From: an uncultured Spirochaetaceae bacterium
GTDB lineage: Bacteria > Spirochaetota > Spirochaetia > SZUA-6 > DRHE01
DNA: 41,737 nucleotides
NCBI GenBank assembly: GCA_964520025.1
Contig: CAZFMD010000003.1
Location: 1 to 41,737 of the forward strand
Reading direction: 5' to 3'
Shown: positions 1 through 7,696 of the stretch, in pieces
Numbering within the stretch: position 1 is the first letter of the stretch
Layout: the number at the start of each line of letters is the position of its first letter
Position numbers and translations under genes: made by a program
Notes under the pieces: generated by a model
The model's database searches: none
The model's input: the letters and a program-made list of their open reading frames with translations, nothing else
What the model was told of the DNA's origin: nothing

Positions 1-22
1 CAAGGTAGAGGATTTCACCGGT

Positions 23-1225
23 TTGATTGCAGTCATCGAGCAGCAGAGAGTACAACGCCGGCGGCCGGCGAATGAGCGGAAGGGGGGAGCCAAAATCCTG
101 GAGTTCACCTATCCCGGGATTCGGCGATCTCAACCAGTAAAACGGGACAGCTGGCGGCGGGTACAGCAGACACGGCGCCCCAAGCGGGGGGCTTCCCAAC
201 GCAGTCGTGTAATCCCCCGCGCCAAGGCTGCCGAGATCCCTACGTTTTCTCGAACAGGAAAAATTCCTGCTACGATGCGGGAATGGTTGAAAAAGATCCC
301 CCGGGGGGATTTGATATTAGCGGCGGTCCTGGCCCTTTGCCTGCTCATTCCCCTGGGATTCCGCCTGTCCTTCTTGACGCCTCTGCAGGGGGAAATCGAT
401 CTTCCCTCGAGTGAAGATGTCGAAAACGCGATGATTCAGTATCTCATCCCCCACGAGCAGCAACACGGCGACCTTGATGCTTCGCAGAAGAATTTTCTTG
501 ACTCGATATCAACTAAGAGTTATACAGTCCGTAGCGGGGATACCATCTCGGGAATCGCCCAGCGATTCAACCTTAGTATGGATACGGTGATCAGCTTCAA
601 CAATATCCAGGATGCCAGGAGTCTGGAGGTAGGCACGGTCCTGTCGATCCCGAACTCCAGCGGTCTGAAATACAGGGTGAGGCGAGGGGATTACCTCGGC
701 GGTATAGCCAAGAAGTTCGGGATCGCACTCAACGAATTGCTGGATTGGAACAATCTCGAGACATCGGTGATTGTGCCCGGCCAGGAGCTGTTCGTTCCCA
801 ATGCGCGCCTCAGTGAGATGGAGCGCAATCGGGTTTTCGGTCGCTTGTTCATCTACCCGACCAAGGGTAGGATCACGGATAGATACGGCATGCGTAGCGA
901 TCCGTTTACGGGCATGCGAAGATTTCACAATGGTGTCGATCTGGCAGGACCTGTGGGAACCCCGGTTATTGCCTCCATGTCGGGAAAGGTGGCTATGTTG
1001 GGATACAATCCAACGTACGGAAAGTACCTTATCCTGACGCATCCTGAAGGATTTCAGACCCTTTATGGACATCTCAATGCCTTTCGCGTGCAGAAAGGCC
1101 AGAGTGTTTCACAGGGGCAGAAGATCGCCGATATGGGCAATTCAGGCTACAGTACGGGTAGCCACCTTCATTTTTCGATCTTTCGTCGAGGAGAACCGAT
1201 TGATCCTTTCGAGTATCTGCACTAG
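23..1225 (+). CDS. LysM-domain M23 family metallopeptidase
   Basis: 400-aa ORF. Two LysM repeats (YTVRSGDTISGIAQRF, YRVRRGDYLGGIAKKF). M23 motifs HNGVDL and GSHLHFSI. TM segment LILAAVLALCLLIPLGF. The frame is open to the window edge and the first codon is TTG, so the 5' end is uncertain; an in-frame ATG lies at 275. Confidence 0.85.
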   Translation: MIAVIEQQRVQRRRPANERKGGAKILEFTYPGIRRSQPVKRDSWRRVQQTRRPKRGASQRSRVIPRAKAAEIPTFSRTGKIPATMREWLKKIPRGDLILAAVLALCLLIPLGFRLSFLTPLQGEIDLPSSEDVENAMIQYLIPHEQQHGDLDASQKNFLDSISTKSYTVRSGDTISGIAQRFNLSMDTVISFNNIQDARSLEVGTVLSIPNSSGLKYRVRRGDYLGGIAKKFGIALNELLDWNNLETSVIVPGQELFVPNARLSEMERNRVFGRLFIYPTKGRITDRYGMRSDPFTGMRRFHNGVDLAGPVGTPVIASMSGKVAMLGYNPTYGKYLILTHPEGFQTLYGHLNAFRVQKGQSVSQGQKIADMGNSGYSTGSHLHFSIFRRGEPIDPFEYLH

Positions 1226-1307
1226 GACGATTCGCTCTGTCCGGCTTTCCCTGCAACGCCTCCTGGGGGCGGGGAGGCGGCGGATTCGTTATGTTGTACA
1301 GATACGG

Positions 1308-2345
1308 TTGCTTATCCCTGCGAAAACGCTGACCATCCGTTTTTTGTACAGGGTGGAAGCCCTGCTGCAGGTGTTCACCTGGCGGTTCTGGAAGAGGCAC
1401 GTTCGTTTACTCGTTGCCATACTGTTCGTCGCAATCTCTGCCGGGCTATCTGTCTATCAGGTCCGCATCGTCCAGCTGGAAAAACAGAGGTTTCTGTACT
1501 ATCCGGAGGCCTGGTTTTTGCGTACTCCGGCGCGAGAAGCTGCGCAATCCGCCGATAATACTATTGATGCTTCGCAAGCACAATCAGTGGGCGGAGGTTC
1601 TCTCAGTGTGCTGCCCATTGATATCAAGCTGTACAGGGTGCGCTCCGGTGATACTCTCTCCGGTATTGCCGAACGCTTCGGTATGGATTTGGATACAATC
1701 GCCTCCCTCAATCGCGAATGGGGTAGCGGAGTGCACCTGATCCAGATCGGTGAGGCGATAAAGATCCCCAACCAGGACGGGATCTATATTGAGATCGATA
1801 AAGATCTGGATCTGCTCTGCGAGGAGAAGGGCGTTCCGGTGGAGGTCGTATACTCGGTAAACGGTATCGAGAGATCGCAGATCAGCCTCGGGACCGAGCT
1901 GTTTTTCCCGGGGGTGCAGCATACCGGGATAGAACGCAGCGTAATCACCGGCAGTGCCTTCCTGAAGCCTGTTGTCGGTTGGTTGACCTCGGGATTTGGG
2001 TACCGCCACGATCCCTTTACCCAGGAGATACACTTTCACCGGGGAATCGACCTGGCCGCGGCCGTGGGCACCACGGTGCGAGCTGCTTTAGATGGGAAAG
2101 TGATCGTGGTTGGGAAGGATTCTGTGCTGGGGAACTACATCATGATTCGACACCAGATTAACTACTCCACCCTGTATGGCCACCTCAGCCAGATCTGGGT
2201 TGCCAGGGGGGCTACGGTGACTCGGGGGCAGCGGATCGGGGCGGTCGGTAGCACGGGTAAGTCCACGGGGCCTCACCTTCACTTCGAAATCCGCCGCCGC
2301 GGTGTGCCCATCAACGCCTGGGGTCTGATGACCTCCCGATATTGA
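1308..2345 (+). CDS. LysM-domain M23 family metallopeptidase (paralog of the upstream gene)
   Basis: LysM repeat YRVRSGDTLSGIAERF. M23 motifs HRGIDLAA and GPHLHFEI. TM segment LLVAILFVAISAGLSVY. The tracked ORF starts at 1065 inside the previous gene. The first canonical starts after the upstream stop (1225) are TTG 1308 and GTG 1353, and neither has a clear SD, so the start is uncertain. Confidence 0.8.
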   Translation: MLIPAKTLTIRFLYRVEALLQVFTWRFWKRHVRLLVAILFVAISAGLSVYQVRIVQLEKQRFLYYPEAWFLRTPAREAAQSADNTIDASQAQSVGGGSLSVLPIDIKLYRVRSGDTLSGIAERFGMDLDTIASLNREWGSGVHLIQIGEAIKIPNQDGIYIEIDKDLDLLCEEKGVPVEVVYSVNGIERSQISLGTELFFPGVQHTGIERSVITGSAFLKPVVGWLTSGFGYRHDPFTQEIHFHRGIDLAAAVGTTVRAALDGKVIVVGKDSVLGNYIMIRHQINYSTLYGHLSQIWVARGATVTRGQRIGAVGSTGKSTGPHLHFEIRRRGVPINAWGLMTSRY

Positions 2346-2362
2346 CAGTAGAGGGTAAAAAT

Positions 2363-3457
2363 GTGAAAAGAATTCTGTTTGCGGTAATCGGTTTACTCGC
2401 CCTGTTTACGGTAATCAGGGCTTATACGCAAGAGCAGGGGATTGAGAACCGATACATCATTCAGCCTGGTATATTGGAGTTCGAAACCACCGAAGGCGGC
2501 GCCCGATTGGCCTTTGGATTTCTCGAGCGTTCCGAAGAACAGGGCCCGGGGCGTACCTGGAACCTTTTTCCGGTCCGGCTGTCACTGAGGGCGGGCAAGC
2601 AGAGCTTCCTGATCGCCATGAACGGCCTGTCCTTTTTGAGTCCCGCGGGACTGCGAATCGGCAGGCCCATAACCATCCGTGGGGTGAGGCGGGCAGACGT
2701 GATCAGCGTCGGGGGCGATGTCACGGTGGAAGGCACCGTGGAGGGGGATGTCTGGACCCTCGGAGCAGACATCAACCTGCTATCCGGAGCTACAGTGGCC
2801 GGAGATACCGTAGCCTTGGGCGGAAACGTCCAGGCGGACAGGCGCTCGAAGATCGGGGGCAACAAACAATCCCTCCCGAACATCAAGATTCCCTTTCTCA
2901 GCCTGTTGAGCTCCGAGCACTCTGCAGCGACCTTCCGCTTCATCATGGAGATACTGGGGATTTTTCTGTTTCTGCTCGTATTGTTTCTGTTTGTTCACTT
3001 CGGGCGCGCTCACCTGTCAGGCTTGGGTGCCGTGTTGTCCACCAGATGGAAGGTATCCATTCTCTATCTGGTGTTGGCTGCATTGATAATCCCCGTACTC
3101 ATGGCTCTGCTGATCGTGTCCGTGGTGGGCATTCTCGTTATTCCACTTGTTTCGATCATTCTGATGTTCCTGGCCTACCTCGGTTACGTGGCCATGGCGT
3201 TTCGTCTGGGATTGTGGTTGCGCAAGGCCTCGCCGGATGTTAGTGCTTCTGAAGCCTACACGACGGCACTGCTGGGACTGCTGGTAATCAAAGGACCGGT
3301 ATTGCTGGGAATCCTCTTCACCTTGTTGACAGCAGATTTTTTCCAGGGAATCGGCCGTTTCCTGTCAGTGGTCGGCACAATCGCCGTGGTCGGCGCCACT
3401 GTCTATGGTTTTGGAGGTGTTCTGCAACACCTTCGGGCCCAGGCCCGGGCGGGCTGA
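2363..3457 (+). CDS. Membrane protein with a signal peptide, a bactofilin-like (polymer-forming, beta-helical) repeat region and a C-terminal multi-TM domain
   Basis: GTG 2363 lies 7 nt after GAGGG. N-terminal KRILFAVIGLLALFTVIRA. Repeat stretch VISVGGDVTVEGTVEGDVWTLGADINLLSGATVAGDTVALGGNVQ. About five hydrophobic helices in the C-terminal half. The product call is tentative. Confidence 0.6.
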   Translation: MKRILFAVIGLLALFTVIRAYTQEQGIENRYIIQPGILEFETTEGGARLAFGFLERSEEQGPGRTWNLFPVRLSLRAGKQSFLIAMNGLSFLSPAGLRIGRPITIRGVRRADVISVGGDVTVEGTVEGDVWTLGADINLLSGATVAGDTVALGGNVQADRRSKIGGNKQSLPNIKIPFLSLLSSEHSAATFRFIMEILGIFLFLLVLFLFVHFGRAHLSGLGAVLSTRWKVSILYLVLAALIIPVLMALLIVSVVGILVIPLVSIILMFLAYLGYVAMAFRLGLWLRKASPDVSASEAYTTALLGLLVIKGPVLLGILFTLLTADFFQGIGRFLSVVGTIAVVGATVYGFGGVLQHLRAQARAG

Positions 3458-3517
3458 TTCGACGAACACCTGAAGCAGAAAATCTAAAATTTTCCTCCAA
3501 AAACAGGGGAATTCCTG

Positions 3518-3546
3518 TTGTAAATCGAGAATATTCTCACTATAAT
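3518..3546 (+). promoter_or_regulatory. Sigma-70-type promoter (TTGTAA-N17-TATAAT) with the perfect palindrome GAGAATATTCTC (3527-3538) in the spacer
   Basis: Read directly: TTGTAA ATC GAGAATATTCTC AC TATAAT, 54 nt upstream of ATG 3600. Same architecture as 23527-23555. Confidence 0.6.
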
Positions 3547-3599
3547 GGGCTCAAAATCATTGCGTTCGGCAAGACCGTAACATCAGGAGGAGAATCGGA

Positions 3600-4940
3600 A
3601 TGAAGAAAACAGACGTAGCAATTGTCGGGGGCAGCGCTGCAGGGTTGACTGCTGCAATCACGGCCCGAAGGCACTACCCGGACAAGAAGATCACGCTGAT
3701 CCGCAAAGAGAAGTTGGTACCAATCCCCTGCGGTATACCCTACATTTTCGGGACGGTTGGCAGTGCCCAGAAGAACCTGATACCGGACACGCCTCTGGAG
3801 AAGAATAAAGTCGACTTTCTGATCGATGAGGTCACGGAAATCAATCGGGAAAAACGCAGCTTGAAGACCAAGGGCGGGGAAGAAATCGTTTATGACAAGC
3901 TCATTATCGCGACAGGTTCTCTGCCGATGATGCCGCCCATCCCCGGTTTTGAAAAAGAAAACGTATATCCGGTGTTCAAGGATGTAGATCGCCTCGGCGC
4001 CATGCAGGAGAAGCTGAAGAGCTCCAAGAAGGTAGTGGTAATCGGAGGTGGATTTATCGGGGTGGAGATGTCGGATGAGATGAACAAAATAGGGAATCTG
4101 GATGTGACGATCTGCGAGCTTCTCCCCCATTGTCTTCAGCTGGCCTTCGATGAAGAGTTCTGCGAAGAGGCGGAAAAGCTCCTCAAGGAGCGGGGTGTGA
4201 AGATCCTGGCCAATCAGAAGGTCGTCTCGATCGAGGGAGACAAGAAGGTCAGCGGAGTGAAGTTGGGTGACGGTACGGTGTTGGAAGCGGACATGGTAGT
4301 AATCGGTATCGGAACGGTTCCCAATATCGAACTGGCCAAAAATGCCAATCTACGTCTTGGCCCCACGGGATCGATTTGGGTCGATCGAACAATGCGCACC
4401 ATCGACGAAAATATCTTCTCCTGTGGAGACTGCACGGAGAAGTTCTCTTTCTTCGGAGGCAAGCCCTCCAAGCTGAGGCTCGCTTCCATAGCCAGTTCGG
4501 AGGCCCGGATCGCAGGCTCCAATCTGTTCGGAATCCAGCGGGAAAGCGTTGGAACTATCGGGGTGTTTTCCTCAGCCATCGGCGATCGAGCTTTTGCAGA
4601 GGCGGGAATGACGGAAAGCTTCGCCAAGCATCAGGGCTACGAAGTGATCACGGGAGCAGCGGAAGGCCCGAATCGCCATCCCGGCAGCATGCCCGGCATG
4701 GCAAACCAGAAGATCAAGCTGATCTTCGAAAAGCGCACTAAGGTCCTGATCGGCGCGCAGATGATGGGAGACCATGCCGTAGGAGAGCTGGTTAACGCGG
4801 CCAGTGCCTGTATCCAGCACAAGATGACCATCGATGACATCTCCTGCTTCCAGATGGGAACCCATCCGGCATTGACCGCCTCGCCCGTGGCTTATCAATT
4901 CGTCAATGCGGCGGAATCCGCTTTGCTGGCGATGTCGTAG
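3600..4940 (+). CDS. FAD-dependent pyridine nucleotide-disulfide oxidoreductase (NADH oxidase / CoA-disulfide reductase family)
   Basis: AGGAGGAG RBS. N-terminal FAD fold VAIVGGSAAGLTAA. Family-typical single redox Cys in PIPCGIPY. Second dinucleotide fold VVVIGGGFIGVEM. 446 aa, typical for the family. Confidence 0.85.
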   Translation: MKKTDVAIVGGSAAGLTAAITARRHYPDKKITLIRKEKLVPIPCGIPYIFGTVGSAQKNLIPDTPLEKNKVDFLIDEVTEINREKRSLKTKGGEEIVYDKLIIATGSLPMMPPIPGFEKENVYPVFKDVDRLGAMQEKLKSSKKVVVIGGGFIGVEMSDEMNKIGNLDVTICELLPHCLQLAFDEEFCEEAEKLLKERGVKILANQKVVSIEGDKKVSGVKLGDGTVLEADMVVIGIGTVPNIELAKNANLRLGPTGSIWVDRTMRTIDENIFSCGDCTEKFSFFGGKPSKLRLASIASSEARIAGSNLFGIQRESVGTIGVFSSAIGDRAFAEAGMTESFAKHQGYEVITGAAEGPNRHPGSMPGMANQKIKLIFEKRTKVLIGAQMMGDHAVGELVNAASACIQHKMTIDDISCFQMGTHPALTASPVAYQFVNAAESALLAMS

Positions 4941-4953
4941 AGGGAGGATAGAA

Positions 4954-5343
4954 ATGCCCAAGATACTCGTTATCGATGATGACAAGGATTTTCAAGAAAC
5001 TACCCGGATTGTACTAGAGAAGAGCGGTTTTCAGGTTGCAGCTGCCTACGACTCGGAGGAAGGGTTGCAGAAGGTGCAAACGGAATCACCGGATCTTGTT
5101 ATTCTGGACGTGATGATGCCCAGCGGTTTCGAAGGCTTCGAGGTTGCCCGCAAGATTCGGGAGGAATTGAAGTTAATGGAGCTTCCGATCGTCCTGCTGA
5201 CCGCGGTGCATGGAGTCAAGCAAGTGCCGTACCGTTTCGCTCCCGATGAGCAGTGGCTGCCTGTGGACTACTTCTACGACAAACCGGTAGCCCCGGACGT
5301 GCTGGTGGCCAAGATCAAGGAGTACCTGAATATAACCCAGTGA
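4954..5343 (+). CDS. Stand-alone response regulator receiver (CheY-like)
   Basis: ATG 4954 follows GGGAGGA. ILVIDDD acidic pocket, phospho-acceptor context LVILDVMMP, LLTA, conserved Lys in YDKP. No output domain. Confidence 0.85.
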   Translation: MPKILVIDDDKDFQETTRIVLEKSGFQVAAAYDSEEGLQKVQTESPDLVILDVMMPSGFEGFEVARKIREELKLMELPIVLLTAVHGVKQVPYRFAPDEQWLPVDYFYDKPVAPDVLVAKIKEYLNITQ

Positions 5344-5432
5344 CCTGAGGGGGCCGTTGTTTCGATCCGCCCTTGCTGTACAGCTGTGTATGTACCGAGG
5401 CGCGGAGCGATTTGACAGGTAGGAGGACCAGG

Positions 5433-5861
5433 GTGGAGTCGTCCCGATGGAAACGCGCCGCCAGAGGTCTGCTGAACAACATCAAGATGAGCGTTCCGAT
5501 CCTTGTCGGCGTTTTGCTGCTGGTCGGAGCGCTCAATACACTCATCCCGAAAGAGTTCTTTGCAAGGATATTCACAGGCAATAAGGCTCTGGACCCGCTG
5601 GTCGGCGCTCTGTTCGGAAGTATCGCAGCCGGTAATCCCCTGACAAGCTACATCATCGGGGGAGAGCTGCTGAACAGCGGGATCAGCCTGATTGCGGTGC
5701 TGGCATTTGTCGTAAGCTGGGTGACTGTCGGAACCGTTCAGATTCCTGCGGAGAGTCTGATGCTGGGCAGGCGTTTCGCCCTGCTTCGCAACGGGATCAG
5801 CTGTCTCATGGCCATTGCCATAGCGCTGCTGACGGCACTGATAGCGGGGATCTTCCCATGA
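5433..5861 (+). CDS. Permease, N-terminal half of a split COG0701-like (DUF318-type) permease
   Basis: GTG 5433 lies 6 nt after AGGAGG. Polytopic hydrophobic protein. ATGA overlap with the next gene. The family assignment is from recall. Confidence 0.6.
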   Translation: MESSRWKRAARGLLNNIKMSVPILVGVLLLVGALNTLIPKEFFARIFTGNKALDPLVGALFGSIAAGNPLTSYIIGGELLNSGISLIAVLAFVVSWVTVGTVQIPAESLMLGRRFALLRNGISCLMAIAIALLTALIAGIFP

Positions 5862-6382
5862 GTAAAGTGCTCAAGAAGATCGGAGCCCAGTGGTTGTTCC
5901 TGATTGCCGTCATCCTGCTGTACATCATTCTGGGATTGTGGGATCTCGAGACAACCGTGGCGGCCCTGAAGGGATTCCTGGCTCTGCTGAAGAAGATCCT
6001 CCCCGTTCTGGGGATCGTCTTTGCCCTTATTTTTCTCTCCAACCTCGTGCTCAATCCCAAGATCGTCAACCGCTATCTGGGCAGGGGCGCGAAAAAGAGC
6101 GGATGGACCGTTGCGATTATCGCGGGGATCCTGTCCATGGGCCCGATCTACCTCTGGTATCCTTTGCTGGGAGAACTGAAAACCAAAGGCATGCGGGATG
6201 CCCTGATTGCCGTTTTTCTCTACAACCGGGCGGTGAAGATCCCTCTTGTTCCCGTGATGATCTACTACTTCGGTCTCAAGATCGTGGCGATCCTGACCGT
6301 TCTCATGATCCTGTTTTCAATAGCCAATGGACTGCTTGTAGAGAAACTGATTCGCAAGGGGGGGGGCAAAACAGAAGCCTGA
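5858..6382 (+). CDS. Permease, second half of the split permease pair
   Basis: ATGA start/stop overlap at 5858-5861. Five or so TM helices. Sits next to its partner half. Confidence 0.6.
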   Translation: MSKVLKKIGAQWLFLIAVILLYIILGLWDLETTVAALKGFLALLKKILPVLGIVFALIFLSNLVLNPKIVNRYLGRGAKKSGWTVAIIAGILSMGPIYLWYPLLGELKTKGMRDALIAVFLYNRAVKIPLVPVMIYYFGLKIVAILTVLMILFSIANGLLVEKLIRKGGGKTEA

Positions 6383-6458
6383 AACATAGGCGTTCTGAGG
6401 TTCTATCACTCCCGACTGGGGAGCGCTGCAGCGCCGCGAAAGCTGGGATGGAAAACAG

Positions 6459-6486
6459 TTCCGGGGGGAAATTTCTCCCCCCGGAA
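6459..6486. terminator. GC-rich hairpin between convergent operons (TTCCGGGGGG-AAATTTCT-CCCCCCGGAA)
   Basis: 10-bp perfect stem read directly. On the minus strand it is followed by CTGTTTTC, so it fits best as the terminator of the DUF134/DUF5320 operon. Confidence 0.55.
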
Positions 6487-6497
6487 CGAAGATCCGG

Positions 6498-6848
6498 CTA
6501 CTTGCTCTCGGAGCTTTCTCCCTCCAGCTCCTCGATGCGATTTCGCAGGGCCGTCAGCTGATCTTCGAAAAACTTTACCTGATTCTGAAGTGTGTCCTTT
6601 TCCTGTTCAGCTGAGTAGGCGGGGGCGGGGGCGTACGAATAACCGCCGTAAGGCGGGCTCCAGGTTCCCCAGCCAGCTGCCGGGGAGGGAGCACCCCACC
6701 AGCGTCCCCGGCCCCTGCCGAATCCGCCGCCCATTCTCCCTCCATAGGGATTCATGTATCCAGGGACGTTGTAGCCGGCACAGAATCCGGCTGCCCTGCC
6801 TGTCATTGGTCCCATTCCGGCGGGACCACTTCCGTCTCCTCTTGGCAT
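6498..6848 (-). CDS. DUF5320-family protein (Gly/Arg/Tyr-rich middle, C-terminal coiled coil)
   Basis: N-terminus MPRGDGSGPAGMGPMTGRAAGFCAGY is the family signature as I recall it. C-terminal heptad-like EKDTLQNQVKFFEDQLTALRNRIEELE. Confidence 0.75.
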   Translation of the reverse strand: MPRGDGSGPAGMGPMTGRAAGFCAGYNVPGYMNPYGGRMGGGFGRGRGRWWGAPSPAAGWGTWSPPYGGYSYAPAPAYSAEQEKDTLQNQVKFFEDQLTALRNRIEELEGESSESK

Positions 6849-6883
6849 AAGTTGCCTCCTCTATAAGAACAATTTTTTGCGTT

Positions 6884-7186
6884 CTACCACCGGCCTCTAC
6901 CACGGCCAAAGCCGCCGCGGCCCCGGCCGAAACCGAAGCCGAAAAACCGGGGGCGAAAAGGTCCGTTGGCCGGGTACGCACCCCAGCCGCCGGCTGCGGC
7001 GGTGTACGGGTACCCGCCGGTATATCTACTGGCATATCTACCGGCACCCCAAAATGGCGCGCCCGCTGGAATCCGTCCGCCGTAGGGATTCATGTATCCC
7101 GGCATGCCGTACCCGGCGCAGTAGCCTGCCGCTCTGCCTGTCATCGGACCCATTCCGGCGGGACCGCTTCCGTCTCCTCTTGGCAT
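6884..7186 (-). CDS. DUF5320-family protein, tandem paralog lacking the coiled coil (ends in FGFGFGRGRGGFGRGRGRW)
   Basis: Same N-terminal 24 residues as the 6498-6848 protein. The 5' 55 nt are 52/55 identical to the paralog. Confidence 0.7.
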   Translation of the reverse strand: MPRGDGSGPAGMGPMTGRAAGYCAGYGMPGYMNPYGGRIPAGAPFWGAGRYASRYTGGYPYTAAAGGWGAYPANGPFRPRFFGFGFGRGRGGFGRGRGRW

Positions 7187-7213
7187 AATCTCTCACCTCC
7201 TCCGTGTAGTGGT

Positions 7214-7594
7214 CTAAGACCACGTTTTCCGGCCGTGCCCATGGCGATGCCCATGCGGCCCTCCGCCGCCCCTGCGGCCCGCCCATGCGTGTCCGTAGGG
7301 AGGATGGAACTGCACAACCCCGCCTTCGATGCCGATAGCCCTTGCATTGACCAGGGCCGCGGCCACTTTGCCTCGCGCCTGTCCCACGATTCTGCCGAAA
7401 GTAGGCCGGGAAACATTCATCCTGCGGGCCGCCTCCTCCTGGCCTAGACCCTCCAGATCCGCAAGGCGTATCGCCTCAAGCTCATCCAGGGTCAATACCG
7501 TCAAATTAGACGGTTGAACAGCTACCGGTTGCGGCATGAAACACACGCTGGGCGGATTAAATCCGATCCAGCGGGGTTTAATGGGACGGGCCAC
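7214..7594 (-). CDS. DUF134 (UPF0251) predicted DNA-binding protein with a His/Gly-rich tail
   Basis: GTG start 7594 with GGAGAG RBS. MARPIKPRWIGFNPPSVCFMP and LTLDELEAIRLADLEGLGQEEAARRMNVSRPTFGRI (sigma-70 region-4-like HTH) match DUF134. Tail HGHRHGHG. Confidence 0.75.
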   Translation of the reverse strand: MARPIKPRWIGFNPPSVCFMPQPVAVQPSNLTVLTLDELEAIRLADLEGLGQEEAARRMNVSRPTFGRIVGQARGKVAAALVNARAIGIEGGVVQFHPPYGHAWAGRRGGGGPHGHRHGHGRKTWS

Positions 7595-7620
7595 TCAAGA
7601 ATCTCTCCGATCAAACGTAG

Positions 7621-7671
7621 TTTTAAGCATATGCTCAAAATAAATTTAATGCCAACCGGACAAAATGTCAA
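7621..7671 (-). promoter_or_regulatory. Promoter of the DUF134 operon (TTGACA 7666-7671, N17, TAAATT 7643-7648) plus a 20-bp near-palindrome TTTTGAGCATATGCTTAAAA (7621-7640) at about +1
   Basis: Read on the minus strand: TTGACATTTTGTCCGGTTGGCATTAAATTTATTTTGAGCATATGCTTAAAA. Confidence 0.5.
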
Positions 7672-7696
7672 GGATCTTTTCGCAATACCAGGTCCT

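Noticed and set aside
6423-6434. Perfect 12-bp palindrome GCGCTGCAGCGC in the convergent intergenic region
   Set aside because: It has no loop and contains a PstI-type site. It is probably just part of the GC-rich terminator region. The stronger hairpin at 6459-6486 explains termination.
5890-6561. 223-aa ORF in an alternative frame over the second permease half
   Set aside because: The in-frame permease is hydrophobic and coupled by ATGA to its partner. The alternative frame is Arg/Pro/Ser-rich and runs through the terminator hairpin.
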